DNA of 64,000 nucleotides from Octopus vulgaris (taxonomy: Eukaryota). The stretch lies in the NCBI GenBank assembly GCA_951406725.2, contig OX597815.1, positions 184,884,001-184,948,000 on the forward strand, given 5' to 3'. Shown here piece by piece: positions 41,855 to 57,175 of this stretch. A model generated the notes under the pieces. The model searched no databases. It worked only from the letters and a program-made list of their open reading frames with translations, and was not told the origin of the DNA. The number at the start of each line of letters is the position of its first letter. Positions within the stretch are counted from its first letter, which is position 1. A program made the translations under genes and the position numbers.

Positions 41855-43868
41855 TACAAATTAGATTACATATATACTTATAAAGGTGTGGGTATATACC
41901 CATAATAAAACATATACATAAACATATGAGTGCATATACTCATACTCATATACATATAAATATAAATATACATAATGATATAAATAATAAAAATTAATAA
42001 ACATACATATGTTCCACATTCAACTTTACAGTTTTTCAACTTAATTTTGTGATAATTATAATGTAGAAAAAACATACACATATTAATATCTAAATGTAGG
42101 TATAGTCAAGGTTACTTTCTATTAGTTCATATTAATTTACAAAATGCTATTAATGCTAGCATCATTATCATTGTCGTTACTACTAATGCTACCAATATCA
42201 TCATTCATATTATTATCAATAACGCTAATACTAGAGAAACAATACATAAATTCATTATTAACAATATAGTCACAATATTATTACAAAACCGTGCAAAGTG
42301 TTATATATCCGCATATACATACGAAATAAGAAGTACCAGCATTCTGTTTATACAACATTAAAGCCACAGGTGTACATATGTAAGTCCGATTTTAAGTTTA
42401 TAATTTTCTTTGTGACATAAATACACTATTATTTCAGAAATAATTACGGATCTAGCGCTAAATTATGATTGGCCTGTGGGTTTGAATTTAAATTACCATT
42501 GTCTTCCCTATGGCTGGTTTGTTGATAGCTTTAGGTTTCTATTACAATAGCGTAGGCAAAGGAAAAACTATACCAACATTTGTACACATACATACACGTA
42601 CACGCGTACATACGCACATATACATACACATATATACTCTCATGCACCATGTCTGCAAACTTTCGCATATATTTATATACACATCCAAATATTCATTTGT
42701 GTCCTCATACACATAAGAAAAGCATATACATATATATCCAACCATGAATATACATAGCAATGCAATAACATACATACACATGTGTATACATATGAATACT
42801 TTCCGACATATCATATGTCTGTCATCGAGTGGCGTATAGATAAGCCAGCGCTGGCAGGGAGATCTATAGCAGCGTTTATACACTCACACACACACTCACA
42901 CGCACATTCGCACATATGTATAAACATTGATACACTCCTATATACTGTGTCTGCAGACATTCTCATATACATGTATACACATTCAAGTGTATACATGGGC
43001 ACCCATACGTATAAGAAAAATATATACATATATATATATCCACATATACATACAAAAATATACATACACATATATATATATATACACATATGGACACATT
43101 TCGACGCATAAACATTTTCATGTACTGTGATTGCAAATATTCGCATAAACATATATACATATTCAGATTCGTACTTGCGTACTTATATGTATAAGAACAA
43201 CATACATCATTATATCCATCTAAGAGCATATATATACATACAAAGATATACATACACATAACATATATATATGAACACATTTCGACATTTCTACTTATAT
43301 TTACTAAATTACAAGATATATGACTGTCCATCAAAGGACGTATACATGCATACACGGTAAGTAAGCAGGAATTACTATTAATTGAGATATGAGTAAATTA
43401 ATTATAAATTAAATTAATTATAAATTAATAAGTACCAAAAAAAAAGGGAAGAATGAATGGATAAATAAATAAATGAATAAAAATACAAGTAAAATAAAAG
43501 TAAATACATGAATAAATAAATAATAAAATAAATAAATAAATAGAAATATATATGTATATATATATATCTATGTATAGATAAATATAATAAAATACAAATT
43601 AAGATGAGTACAAAGATAATCTTAAAATGTGAGGATGCCAAACAAATACACGCAGAAAAAAAAAAAATTATATGCTCATCGAAATAAACAAAGTATACTA
43701 ATTATAGACTCACATTTGTTAAATATTGGTATAGCAAAAACCCAAACCAGTGCCATTAGATATAATGTGTCTATACACCCTACAGCCATAAATACTCTAT
43801 GGAGTTCGGAATATCGTGCATATATCCGAATAACTATATATTTCAGTATATTTATCACTATCTCAATT

Positions 43869-43913
<45 letters not shown>

Positions 43914-44137
43914 ATATCCATTTACCTTTGTATCTATGTTTGTTCCCAAGCAACGTTTGACAACTGATGTTGGTGTGTTTCGGGGAAAAAAGACCGACAG
44001 AATAAGTATGAGGCTTTAAAGAACAAATCTTGGGATCGATTTATTCGAGTAAAAATTCTTCAAAACTGCGCCCCAGCATGGCCGCAATCTTATGGCTGCA
44101 AAAATCAAAAGACAAAGATAGAAGATACGTACATACA

Positions 44138-44231
<94 letters not shown>

Positions 44232-44574
44232 GGTGAAGCCACGTTAATGTATACTAAGTATAAAAACGAATAAGAGGTGTGCAGAATGAAGTTATTACGA
44301 TACATAACAGATGAAACTGTTCTATGGCTACCCCGATCTTGCTTCTGGATTTTTTTTAGATTGTAGTGATTTAACATATAGCATACATCCATATTAATGC
44401 AATTTTTTGAGAGTCATCAAATATTGGGCAGTAATCATTTGATGGCTTGTTGGAAAAAAACGTCTGAAGAAAAAACAACAACAGCAACAAAAGCAAAATG
44501 TCATATGCTGAAAAAAGTTATTATATCGGGTAGTGGAAGCATACGATTAAACTGAATAGAAAGTAAATAAAGAA

Positions 44575-44627
<53 letters not shown>

Positions 44628-44790
44628 TAAATAAATAAGTAAATATATATATAGAGAGAGAGAGAAAGAGAGATAGATAGATAACGACATACATACATAT
44701 ATATCATATACAAGCATATATATATGATATATATGTAGATACATATATATATATGTATATATACATATACGTATAAGTATATATATATGA

Positions 44791-44826
<36 letters not shown>

Positions 44827-44910
44827 ATATATCTTTCAAGTGTTAATATCTATATACGTATATATATATGTATATATATGTTATATAATGTATACATATA
44901 TATTTTTATC

Positions 44911-44971
<61 letters not shown>

Positions 44972-45294
44972 ATCTATATTATATATATATATATGTATAT
45001 ATCGCACATAGTTATGTGCATGCGAGAATATGGTTATGAAAATACCCGTATATGGATATGCGATCTGAAAACGTACACGAGAAAGAGGACGAAAAAACAT
45101 TTTGGGTTATTAATTAAGAGAACATCGCTGATGACTTTTCAATTAACCAAATTCATTTGATAATTACTCAGCAACCTATTTTGAATACATTTTCTTGTGT
45201 TCGTTCTAAAATTGTTGATACATATACATAAATACACATACACACTCACATGCATACATGTATGTGTGTTTATTTGTGTAAACTATACACATGG

Positions 45295-45670
45295 AGGCGC
45301 AATGGCCCAATGGTTAGGGCAGCGGACTCGCGTTCTTAGGATCGCTGTTTCGATTCCCAGGCAAGGCGTTGTGAGTGTTTATTGAGCGAAAACACCAAAA
45401 GCTCCACGAGGCTCCGGCAGGGGGTGGTGGCGGACCCTGCTGTACTCTTCTCACCACAACTTTCACTCTTTCTTCATGTTTCTGTTGCACTTGTATTTCA
45501 AAGGGCCAGCCTTGTCACACACTGTGTCACGCTGAATCTCCCCGAGAACTACGTTAAGGGTAGACGTGCCTGTGGAGTGCTCAGCCACTTGCACGTTAAT
45601 TTCACGAGCAAGCTGCTCCGTGGTTCGGATCAGCTGGAACACTCGTCGTCGTAACCGACGGATTGCCACC
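45295..45670 (+). mobile_element. SINE family C, full length, tRNA-derived head
   Basis: TGGCCCAATGGTTAGGGCAGCGGACTCGC..GTTTCGATTCCC head; related copies elsewhere in the window. Confidence 0.85.
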
Positions 45671-45941
45671 ATATACACATACATAGATGCATGTATGTAT
45701 GTATGTATATGAGTCTGTGCATTTATGTATTCTTGCATTTTGCTTTCTATATGCCTAAACATTTTTTTCCCAGAGAGAATTACCGGAAATTGTGCGAAAA
45801 TTTTTGAAATCAAATGAGTTTCCTAACATGAGTTTTTACTATTGATTTCAGGTTTTGGCGGAAGGTCAGCAGTTCCGAAGGTGGAGTTAAGTTGATTGCA
45901 TCGACCGCGAAATCTCAAACTATAAAAACGGTTGAAATACC

Positions 45942-46159
45942 TATTTCTTTACTACCCACGAGGGGCTAAACACAGAGAACACGAACAAAGACAGACAAAC
46001 AGATTAAGTCCATTATATCGACCCCAATGCGTAGCTGGTACTTAATTTATCGACCCCGAAAGGATGAAAGGCAAAGTCGACCTCGGCGGAATTTGAACTC
46101 GGAACGTAACGGCAGACGAAATACCGCAAAGCATTTCGCCCGTACCAGCTCGCCGCCTT
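45942..46159 (-). mobile_element. SINE A inserted inside an older SINE A relative
   Basis: TSD AAACGG(T/C)TGAAATACC; old head at 46160-46225. Confidence 0.85.
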
Positions 46160-46790
46160 AAACGGCTGAAATACCGCTAAGCCTTTTGTCGGATGTGCTA
46201 ACGACTCTGTCATCTTGCTACCTTGTAGGTTTGTAATATCGGAAGCAAGACTACACAATGTATATAGAAATCATAAGAAATGGGAGCGACCAGTGTTAAT
46301 AACAGCTGTATTAAATTAATATCTTTTATTGAAAATTAACTCTGAACTCGTAGAGAAGTAACAGATATGTATTTGCCTCTGATAAATCAGTCTAGCTTAA
46401 TGATATGCGGGAAAATTAGCAGCTATGGGATATAGGTTTTCCTTTTAAATCAATTGTAAAAAATTGTCGCACTGGATCTTGTTAACATAATTGTAATGAA
46501 GATACACGTAGGTAAGGAGCGTATCTCTGAATATTCATTACGTGAGGGGAAATTTGTAGTAGCCGGAGGCTTCATAGAATTTATTTCACCTAGGAAGAAG
46601 AATTATTTCATTCATTCTGTATTTAGGATGAATGTTTTGAAGTCGGAGTAAAATTAAATGGCGTAGTGAGGCTGAAAGCTAATTTAGAAGCGTAGTGTTT
46701 GATATCCTTTTTTTGTGTGCAGCAGAAAGGAAGAGTAATTTAACAACTCATCTGTAATACACATGCATATACATGAGTTATACATGTATA

Positions 46791-46822
<32 letters not shown>

Positions 46823-47034
46823 ACAATGATAAATCTCAGAGCGAGTTATAAACAGTAGCAGCAACACATCGTGACGTATATTTGCCATTTGAATATGGCT
46901 AACCCCTAAGGGTGGATGCTACTGTGGTTTGTAGCCCCAGGAGGACACCTCCTCCAGCTGGCTATAGACACACTTTCTGTGCCCTATCAGTATTTGCAAA
47001 GGGAAGCCATCCTTCCCGTCTTCAACTTATGATA

Positions 47035-47079
47035 CACACGGACTCGAATTTCAGGGTATTGACCCGTCATCGGCGTGTG
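47035..47079 (-). ncRNA. Degenerate hammerhead-like motif (P4)
   Basis: cacacg CCGATGA cggg-tcaata-ccct GAAAT tcga GTC cgtgtg, with stem I extendable further. Confidence 0.6.
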
Positions 47080-47178
47080 AGAATCATAGTTGTCGATGAG
47101 AAGTAGGTTCCATTCACAAATACATATACTTTTTCCAGTATCGAATGACACTGATATTGAAAAAGTGTAATCAAACAA

Positions 47179-47537
<359 letters not shown>

Positions 47538-47578
47538 CTATAAGCTTTGATTCGTATGGATTCTTAACCCCTTTAGAA

Positions 47579-47613
<35 letters not shown>

Positions 47614-48049
47614 TACATACACACACACATACATACATACATACATACATACATACATACATACATACATACATACATACACACACTCATATATATATAT
47701 ATACAAGGATTGAACAAAACAATGGAAACACCTAGCATCATAGCATCATAATTTTAAAATATCTATAAAACCATCAAAAACTTGTTTATTTTTATGTTTT
47801 TTTATTTATTATTAGTGTTGTTTAATATTGTAAAGTATAGAAGCCATCTTATCATGGCTAACCACATTGGGGTGGGGGTGTTACTGTAGCTTTATAGCCC
47901 CAAGAGATCTTCGTCTCTAGCTGTCTTTAGACACAATATCAGTGTCCTTGGAGTATTTGCAAAGGGAGGCCATCCCTTCGTCGCAAGCCTCAGGCATCGT
48001 ACGTAAGGTCTCACTTGTTACCATTGATTGGGCGTCTTTTATGTTTCAT

Positions 48050-48445
48050 CTTTCACTTGTTTCAGTCATTAGATTGCGGCCATGCTGGAGCATCGTCTTG
48101 AATAATTTTTAGCCAAATGAATCAATCTCAGTGCACTGTTTTTCTTGTACTTAATATATCGGGCTCTTTTGCCGAACTGCTTAGTTACAAGGACATAAAC
48201 ATACTAACGTAGGTTGTAAAGCGGTGATGCGAACAAAAACTGACAGAATGATACAGACACATAGATGCATATATGTACATATACGACGGGCTTCTTTCAG
48301 TTTCCGTTTCCGTCTACCAAATCCACTCATATGGTCGCTTCGACGTTGTAATAGAAGACACTTGCTGAATGTATCACACAATGATACTGAACTCCAAACC
48401 GGGTTGTTTGGAAGAAAACATATTACCACACAGCCATGCCTGCCC
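48050..48445 (-). mobile_element. SINE family B, diverged
   Basis: Consensus match. Confidence 0.75.
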
Positions 48446-48489
48446 CTATATTTCGATTTTATACAATACAAAATTTCTCAATAGTTTAT

Positions 48490-48700
48490 CTATTTCTTTA
48501 CTACCCACAGAGAGGACAAACAAGGACAGACAAACGGATTAATTCGATTATATCGACCCCAGTGCGTAACTGGTACTTAATTTATCGACCCCGAAAGGAT
48601 GAAAGGCAAAGTCGACCTCAGCGGAATTTGAACTCAGAACGTAACGGCAGGCGGAATACGGCTACGCATTTCGCCCGGCGTGCTAACGTTTCGCCGCCTC
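48490..48700 (-). mobile_element. SINE family A with ~46-bp flanking duplication
   Basis: Consensus match. Confidence 0.88.
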
Positions 48701-49369
48701 TACAAAGCCTATATCTCGCCTATATCTCGATTTTATACAATACAAAATTTCTCAATAGTTTATCGAATAAACATGATGCTCTTAATTAGTGTGCAATGAG
48801 TTTGTGCGTAAATCTATACCTTATGCGTCAAGTTCACTGGAATATGCTTGTAATAAATATTCAGATTTCTAATCGATATTTTTGCTTGCCTAGCTATTGA
48901 AATTGAAACCTATTTAATCATTATATCTTCTTTCATTGTATGTAATTAATTACCACTGACTAAAATCACATTTGTGTATCTTCTAACAATAATTTTTCTT
49001 CTTGCTCCAAAAGAAAAGAATTCATTGATTAAAATTGTTTGATATAGTTTTGATGCACCAACAATCACAACCCCGCAGTTAGACATAATTATATTACATA
49101 AGTGAGGAGGTACCCTTGTTATTTAATTTTATTCATGCCCTACATTTTGTTTCGACCACCTCAAATTTACGTATCTCTTTTCCTTTACTTATTTCAGTCA
49201 TTAGACTGCGACCATACTGGAGCACTGCATTAAAAGGTTTTTCCTGAAATGAACCAACCCAAGTATTTATTTGTTTTTAAAGCTGTTATTTATTTTATAG
49301 AACGCTTTTGTCGCTTCTGCCGGTCCTGCACCGATAGTAAAGCAATTAACGGTAATTATTTTACCCATG

Positions 49370-49775
49370 GAGGCAGCGAGCTGGCAGAATTGTTCGCACG
49401 CGGGGCAAAATGCTTAGCGGTATTTCGTCTGCTGCTACGTTCCGAGTTCAAATTCCACCGAGGTCGACTTTGCCTTTCATCCTTTCGGGGTCGATAAATT
49501 AAGTACCAGTTACGCACTGGGGTCGATATAATCGACTTAATCCGTTTGTCTGTCCTTGTTTGTCCCCTCTATGTTTAGTCCCTTGTGGGTTGTAAAGAAA
49601 TAGGTATTTCGTCTGCTGTTACGTTCTGAGTTCAAATTCGTCGAGGTCGACTTTGCCTTTCATCCTTTCGGGGTCGATTAAATAAGTACCAGTTACGCAC
49701 TGGGTCGATGTAATCGACTTAATCCATTTGTCTGTCCTTGTCTGTGTTAAGCCCCTTGTGGGTAGTAAAGAAATA
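49370..49775 (+). mobile_element. SINE A dimer
   Basis: Single TSD GGTAA(T/A)TATTTTACCCATGGA. Confidence 0.9.
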
Positions 49776-49839
49776 GGTAAATATTTTACCCATGGAACAA
49801 TGAGAATCTCAGAATGAAATTGATACTCATTAGAAATAT

Positions 49840-50435
49840 TGGCTTTAACTTTTGGCACAAGGTCAGCCAGTTCTATGAATGGTCAAGTCATTTACATCCA
49901 CTCCAGTGCTCAACTGGTACTTATTCTTATCGACCCCAAAAGTATGTGAAAGTTGAAGTCGACATCGGTGGAGTTTGAACTCAGCTCATAAAGACGAAAT
50001 GCTTTTAAGCGTTTTGTCAGCATGCTAACGATTCTGCCAGCGTATTAGAACTATTCTTTACTACTCTAGGCACAAGGCCCGAAATTTTGGGGGAGGGAAC
50101 AGTCGATTAGATCGACTCCAGTACGCAACTGGTACGTAATCGACTCCGAATGATTGAAAGGCAAAGTCGACCTCGGCGGAATTTGAATTCAGAACGTAAA
50201 GGCAGACAAAATACCTATTTCTTTACTACCCACAAGGGGCTAAACACAGAGTGGACAAACAAGGACAGACAAACAGATTAAGTCGATTTTATCGACCCCA
50301 GTGCGTAACTGGTACTTAATTTAGCGACCCCGAAAGGATGAAAGGCAAAGTCGACCTCGGTGGAATTTGAACTCAGAACGTAAAGGCAGACGAAATATCG
50401 CTAAGCGTCTTGCCCAGAATGCTAACGATTCTGCT
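49840..50435 (-). mobile_element. Old SINE A copy plus SINE A chimeric dimer
   Basis: Same junction at ~50215. Confidence 0.85.
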
Positions 50436-50874
50436 AGAGTATTAGAAATACTATCATGATATTTGCACACACAAAGGGGCTACCAAAAAACGTTCTCAAA
50501 ACTCATACAAGAATCAACATTGACAAAGCAACCCGTTCGCGACAATAAAGAAGCAGCTACATGGAAACCTGATCTGCTAGAAATAGCAGTCAATTCTCAT
50601 TTAAACCATTCTGGATCACATTAAAACACGAAGTAAGCTCAGATTTAGGTCTAAGTGCATTATATATAAAACAAAAGTAGAATGCTTCCGGCTCTTTGAT
50701 GTTAGACATATTGGACCAAGGCTGTCCCAAAATAAAGGACAAACACAAACTCAATCTTATATGGAAATTGTTGTAAGGGTTGTTTGTATGATTAGGGCGA
50801 GTCCTTAGTGAGGAGCCTTTCATAGTTACTCATCCCTATATTTTTATTCGTTTATTGTTTTATTGTTTTATTTG

Positions 50875-51250
50875 GTTTCAGTCATTTGACTGAGGCCATG
50901 CTGGAGCAATGCCTTTGGTGGAAAAAACTAAAATATTCTTTGTAAGCCTAGTACTTATTCTATCGACTTTTTGCCGAACCGCTATGTTACGGGGACATAA
51001 ACACACCAGCTTCGGTTGTCAAACAATGGTGGGGAAAAACACAGATGCCCAAACACACACACACACACACACAAAAGCATATATGTATGTAAGTATATAT
51101 ATATATATACGACGGGCTTCTTTCAGTTTCCCTCTACCAAATCCACACAGAAGGATTTGGTCGGCCCGAGGCTATAGTAGAAGACACTTGTCCAAGATGC
51201 CACGCAGCGAGACTGAACCTGGAACCATGTGGTCGGTAAGCAAGGCACGC
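50875..51250 (-). mobile_element. SINE family B
   Basis: Consensus match. Confidence 0.85.
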
Positions 51251-51609
51251 CTGTGCCTAATTAGAATCTATATTATCTGTTGTATCCTTTTTATTATCGT
51301 TTAGCCCCAGTTCAGCTTTGATCAAGCTGCCATATGAGTACGTGAGATTCTAACCCCGATATTTGCATACGTTGCGGTACACACTTTGCAATGTGTCATG
51401 TTTTAAGACTAGTGATACAAAGAGAATTTCGCTGTGATTTTCTGATAGGTCCAGACACCACGTTGAAGTCCCCATGTGGTGCAGATGTTTTTCAACTTTT
51501 AACGATAGATCATGGTTTGAGGAACAATCGCCAGCTATTTTTAGCATTTCGATGGGTTTAGACTTTAAGATGGCTGTAAAATTCAGGATCTTTTGTCTTA
51601 TCTTCTATC

Positions 51610-51912
51610 CTTTGCTTGTTTCATCATTAGACTGCGGTCATGCTGGGGCAGTGGTTCGAAGAATTTTTAGTCGAATGACTCAACACCACTATTTATATAT
51701 TTATTTATTTTTATGCCTGGCACTTTGTCGAACTGCTAATGTACGTAGAGGTAAACACTCCAACACCGGTTGTCAAACGGTAGTAGAGGGCACAAATATA
51801 GGCATAGACACACACACACACACATATATATATCTTCTTTTATTCCTCTTTTACAGATAAACACACTCACATACACACACATACACACACATACACACAC
51901 ATATACACACAC

Positions 51913-51993
<81 letters not shown>

Positions 51994-52130
51994 AACTACG
52001 GGATTCTTTGAGGCTCCGTCTACTAAATCCATTCTGTAGGCTAAGGTCGACCTGAGATTAGAGTAGAAAATACTTGCTCAAGGTGCCAGTCAGTGTGACT
52101 GAACCTGGAACCATTAGTTTGGGAAACAGA
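51610..52130 (-). mobile_element. SINE family B, diverged, with expanded internal microsatellite
   Basis: Consensus match. Confidence 0.75.
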
Positions 52131-52574
52131 CTATGCCTTCAGGTCTTTTGGGGAGTGGCCATACTACTTTATGCGCTAGGTATCTCCATCTCACTGGTTT
52201 TGTACAGCTTCTTGTTTTCTTGAATTAGTTCAAGTTCTTCCACTGCTAAATTTTGCAGCAGATACATAGATATTGGCGTTTTTCTGCATCTTCTTGGACT
52301 GTGTCAAAGTTTCATGGCCAAGGAATGGGATACGGCTTTTTTCACACAATGACATTTTGGATAAATATTCTTATCTGTTATGCAGCAGGAACAAACAAAG
52401 AGAAGTGTCCATACGTCTCACTACTTTCCCGTGACACTTTTCAATTTATATATGTATATATATGTACCCACCTACATATATGTTGGTAGGTAGGGATGTA
52501 TATATGGACATATATACATATATACATACATGCATATATATATATATATATATATTTTTATATAATTATATTTA

Positions 52575-52710
52575 TATTTATATAGGAGGACAAAAGTGGA
52601 ATGACGACACCTTGTTCTCTGGACCGGAAGGTCCTTAACATCCAGGAGCTCATCCTACGAACAATATCAACCTTATTGTTGATGCGGATACTGCAACTGA
52701 GATTGTTATA
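52575..52710 (-). mobile_element. Small CR1-like ORF2 fragment
   Basis: [18 protein letters not shown] resembles the post-RT region of CR1. Confidence 0.55.
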
Positions 52711-52725
52711 CTCACACACACACAG

Positions 52726-52757
<32 letters not shown>

Positions 52758-52806
52758 TCAAAATGTGACCGCGTGTGTACGTTCTTTGGATCTTTCCTTT
52801 TCCTAT

Positions 52807-52841
52807 GTTTCTGACGAAGAGCTCCGCTTGAAACGTTAAAC
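52807..52841 (+). ncRNA. Minimal type-I hammerhead motif in P1 fragment (52757-52943)
   Basis: gttt CTGACGA a gagc-tcc-gctt GAAAC GTT aaac. Confidence 0.65.
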
Positions 52842-53164
52842 CCTCCTTCTTTCCTTCTTTCCTGAGCGTCCAATAATACTATACTTGTTCCACGTCCTCG
52901 CGTTGTTGTGTTTTCTCTTTGTGTTTTCATGTTTGGATTAACTATATGTGTGTGTGTATATATACCTACATACACACACACACACACATACATATATATA
53001 TATGTATGTATGTATGTATGTCCTGTTTTCCATTTTGTCTCGTTGTTTACGTATTTCACTCGTTTTTCCCTCATTTGTTTACGTATTTTATGTTATTTGC
53101 ACCGTTGGTGACGTCCTGTACCTATATATGCATGTGAATATATACATATACACACAAAACTAAC

Positions 53165-53308
53165 TGTGTGGTGAGAAACTCGTTTCTCAATCACTTAATC
53201 ACACGGTTCCTGGTTCAGTTCCATCACGTGACTGCTTGTGTAAGTGTCTTCTGCTATAGCCTCGGGCCGACCAAGCCTTGTGAGTGAATTTGGTAGACGG
53301 AAACAGAC

Positions 53309-53386
<78 letters not shown>

Positions 53387-53830
53387 TTAGATAGATTGAT
53401 AGATAGATAGATAGATATATTTCTTTATTGCTCACAAGGGGCTAAACATAGAAGGGACAAACAAAGACAGACAAAGGGATTAAGTCAACTACATCGACCC
53501 CAGTGCATAACTGGTACTTTATTTATCGACCCCGAAAGGATGAAAGGCAAAGTCGACCTCGGCGGTATTTGAACCCAGAACGTAACGACAGACGAAATAC
53601 TGCTGAGCATTTCGCCCGGCGTGCTAACGTTTCTGCCAGCTCGCCATAGATAAATGTGTGTCTGTGTGTTTGTGCGTTTGTGTTTGTCCCTCCACGTACG
53701 CTTGAAGATAGAAGAGACCGATAGACCGATAGGCTTATAAAGAATAAGTCCTGGGGTCGGTTTGATCGAGTAAAAGCGGGTCCCAAACATGGTCGCAGTC
53801 AAATGACTGAAACAAATGAAAAAATAAAAG
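53165..53830 (+). mobile_element. SINE B with an antisense SINE A (53418-53647) nested in its internal microsatellite
   Basis: Both halves of SINE B flank the insert. Confidence 0.8.
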
Positions 53831-54505
53831 AATGTATATTCAAAAGTATATGCTTATGTAATCTTGTGTATTCATATATGCAGATAACTTCAGCATTCTC
53901 CTGCAACACATATTTCTGTCACTATAGAATCATAGTTTTTATAGGTATACGCACACATCAGAACCCAGACACACGCGCGCTATAATCTGAATGAGGCATT
54001 TGTGTGAAAAAATACACTTTCATTCGTGTTCGTATAGTGAAATAAGTAAAGAAATGTGTCTCTGTATAATCACACGAACACACAGATAAATACATATACG
54101 TTTTTATAATATCAAGCACATCTATTTATTAGGACTCTAATTATATATCTGGTAATTTAACCATTCTCTTTGTTTTTCCCAGTTGTACACGCACAGGCAG
54201 GCATATAAACATACAAGCTTAAGTAAATAAATATATATACACACACATATACATAATATGTGTGTGTGTGTCTCTGTGTGTATGTGTGTGCGTGAGCGTT
54301 TGCACATATATGAATGTGTCTATGAACGTGTGTTTTTATGTGAGAGACAGAATGTGTGTATGTGTGCACGTGTGAGTAAACCATACATAAATAATATACA
54401 TGGGTATACATATTATATATCAGTTTCCATAAAGAAATAAATACACAAACATATGCATAATGTATATATATATATATATATACATACATACATGCATATA
54501 TATAT

Positions 54506-54537
<32 letters not shown>

Positions 54538-54601
54538 CAGTTTCCATAAAGAAATAAATACACAAACATATGCATAATGTGTATATATATATAGACATAC
54601 A

Positions 54602-54697
<96 letters not shown>

Positions 54698-55359
54698 AGT
54701 ATATAAATATACATACATACATATACGTATTTATGTGTGTATGTATGTATGTAGGTAGAGATAGCCGGATAGTTAAGTGTATGCTTCTGGAAAAACAAAA
54801 AAAAAAAGAGAAAGAGAGCGTATTGTAGATATATAATTAGATGAATAAATAAACGGATAAAGAGATATTTTGGCACGAAGCCACTACTGCTTCAGTATTC
54901 TGTTTAGTTCAATGTTCCTCCAACGAACATTTTCTATTATCGATTTACCTACAGATGTGGTTGAGGCGATAGACTACTAAGCTTCTGCTATGTTAAAAAG
55001 TAGGCTCAACTAACTCAGAAGGAAATTTTTCAAAAATAGATTTGCAACTGGAGAAATTAATCAGAAAGAAATCTTAAAGTGAGATAATTATGTATGTACA
55101 ACAACAACAAACAAGCAAACAAACAACTCCAGAAACAGGCAATATACTCTTAAAAAATATAAGATAACAATACGCAATCGAACAAACAGCAATGTTCGAA
55201 AATAGATCCCAGCCGCCAGGCGCTTCACATACAGACTCACACACACACACACACGTATATATATATGTATACATACTTACTTACACACATCTAACACACA
55301 CACATAAGCTCACACAGATCGATGTACTTGTACATATGTATGCATGTATATACATATAC

Positions 55360-55406
<47 letters not shown>

Positions 55407-55438
55407 CATTTAGAAATAGTAGACCCCTTCATCCCACC

Positions 55439-55537
<99 letters not shown>

Positions 55538-55773
55538 TCTCGCTCTCTCATACACACATACACACGCACTTAGTGTTCTTATTAATACTATTAATCTTCA
55601 GATGAAGATGAAAAGCAACCTACATTGAAAATAATTTAATGGTGAAACCAAATTGCAAATAGTAAAATAAAAAATTTAAAAAAACCAATATATGTATATA
55701 CAAATATAGAAAGGAGTAGTGAGGGAGAAAATAAGAAATAGAAGATGCAAGGCAGAGAGAGATAGATAGATAA

Positions 55774-55812
<39 letters not shown>

Positions 55813-56277
55813 AGGAGGGAAGCGAGAGATTACTAGAACGTTAAGCAAAAAGTTTATTAAATGCTGTGAAGCACAAATATATCTACCTCCAAACTAAAGG
55901 AAGATTAAAAAAAAAAAAAAAAAAAACTCTAAGAGAATATTGTGGAATAAAGTTTGTCCTCAGATATTTTATTTGCATCGTGGCATTTCAAGAAGTGAAT
56001 AATGTTAAATTTAGAAATTTAATTTACCTCCGTTTACGCATACATACGTATTTACATATATATATATGTATAAACAAGCATACGAACAGATACAACTGAA
56101 AATGGCAGGCGTCCACTACTACACCGATACATTTGATGGAAATCAAATTAAATTTTCTCATTAGAATCATGTGTCTATGTATGCACTTAATTATACATGT
56201 ACACACACACAGACATCATAAATATATATACATATATATATATATATTTATAAATATATATATATGCATGTATGTAT

Positions 56278-56398
<121 letters not shown>

Positions 56399-56485
56399 TA
56401 TTAGAGACAAAACCACTATTTTGCAAAACAAACAAGGAAAGACTTAATCAATACATAAAATTTTAATAAATAGTCAAAAAAACCG

Positions 56486-56528
56486 CCACTACAATCGTTT
56501 CTTGTCTTGATCGACAATCTTCAGGTGG
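56486..56528 (-). ncRNA. Mirror copy of the hammerhead on the other palindrome arm
   Basis: Exact reverse complement of 56569-56611. Confidence 0.8.
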
Positions 56529-56568
56529 ACTTCAATAAGTCAGTTTCAAGAAACTGACTTATTGAAGT

Positions 56569-56611
56569 CCACCTGAAGATTGTCGATCAAGACAAGAAAC
56601 GATTGTAGTGG
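56569..56611 (+). ncRNA. Canonical type-I hammerhead ribozyme motif
   Basis: ccac CTGAAGA ttgtc-gatcaa-gacaa GAAAC gatt GTA gtgg; predicted cleavage after 56607. Confidence 0.85.
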
Positions 56612-56803
56612 CGGTTTTTTTGACTATTTATTAAAATTTTATGTATTGATTAAGTCTTTCCTTGTTTGTTTTGCAAAATAGTGGTTTTGTCTCTAATAAT
56701 ATTTTATAATATTTTACTATAAAATTGGATTTAATCCTAAATCTGATTTTTTTTCCCTGTAATTTTGGATTTATTCCCTAATATTTATTATTATTATATA
56801 TAA

Positions 56804-56855
<52 letters not shown>

Positions 56856-57175
56856 TGGTTATCGCCAAGCTAATATGGTAGTCAATAAATATAAGACTAA
56901 AGCTGCCGCTGATTAGCTCCAAGAGGCCATCGCCTCTAGCTAGCTATATGACACACGAACATGCATCCATTATAACCTTCGAACAGGGGAGGTCAGCCGC
57001 TCCCCCTTGCTGGATTTATTTACCTAATTTCAGTGGAATACATCCACTTGTTTTCAAAAATAGAAACATTAAAATTTCTAAGTCTCTCTAAAGGAGATTA
57101 CGGAGATTACTGAAATTAGGTAAATAAATCCTTCGAACAGACGGTCAGTAGCGACATCTGCTGGGTTTGGCTACT

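Noticed and set aside
43676-43810. ..W..C..LCLF resembling a Penelope GIY-YIG C-terminus
   Set aside because: Too short and degenerate to support.
45295-45370. tRNA-like sequence
   Set aside because: It is a SINE head continuing into the SINE body; no proper acceptor stem or terminator.
54415-54582. ~50-bp segment repeated at ~117-bp spacing
   Set aside because: Ordinary local duplication within TA microsatellites.
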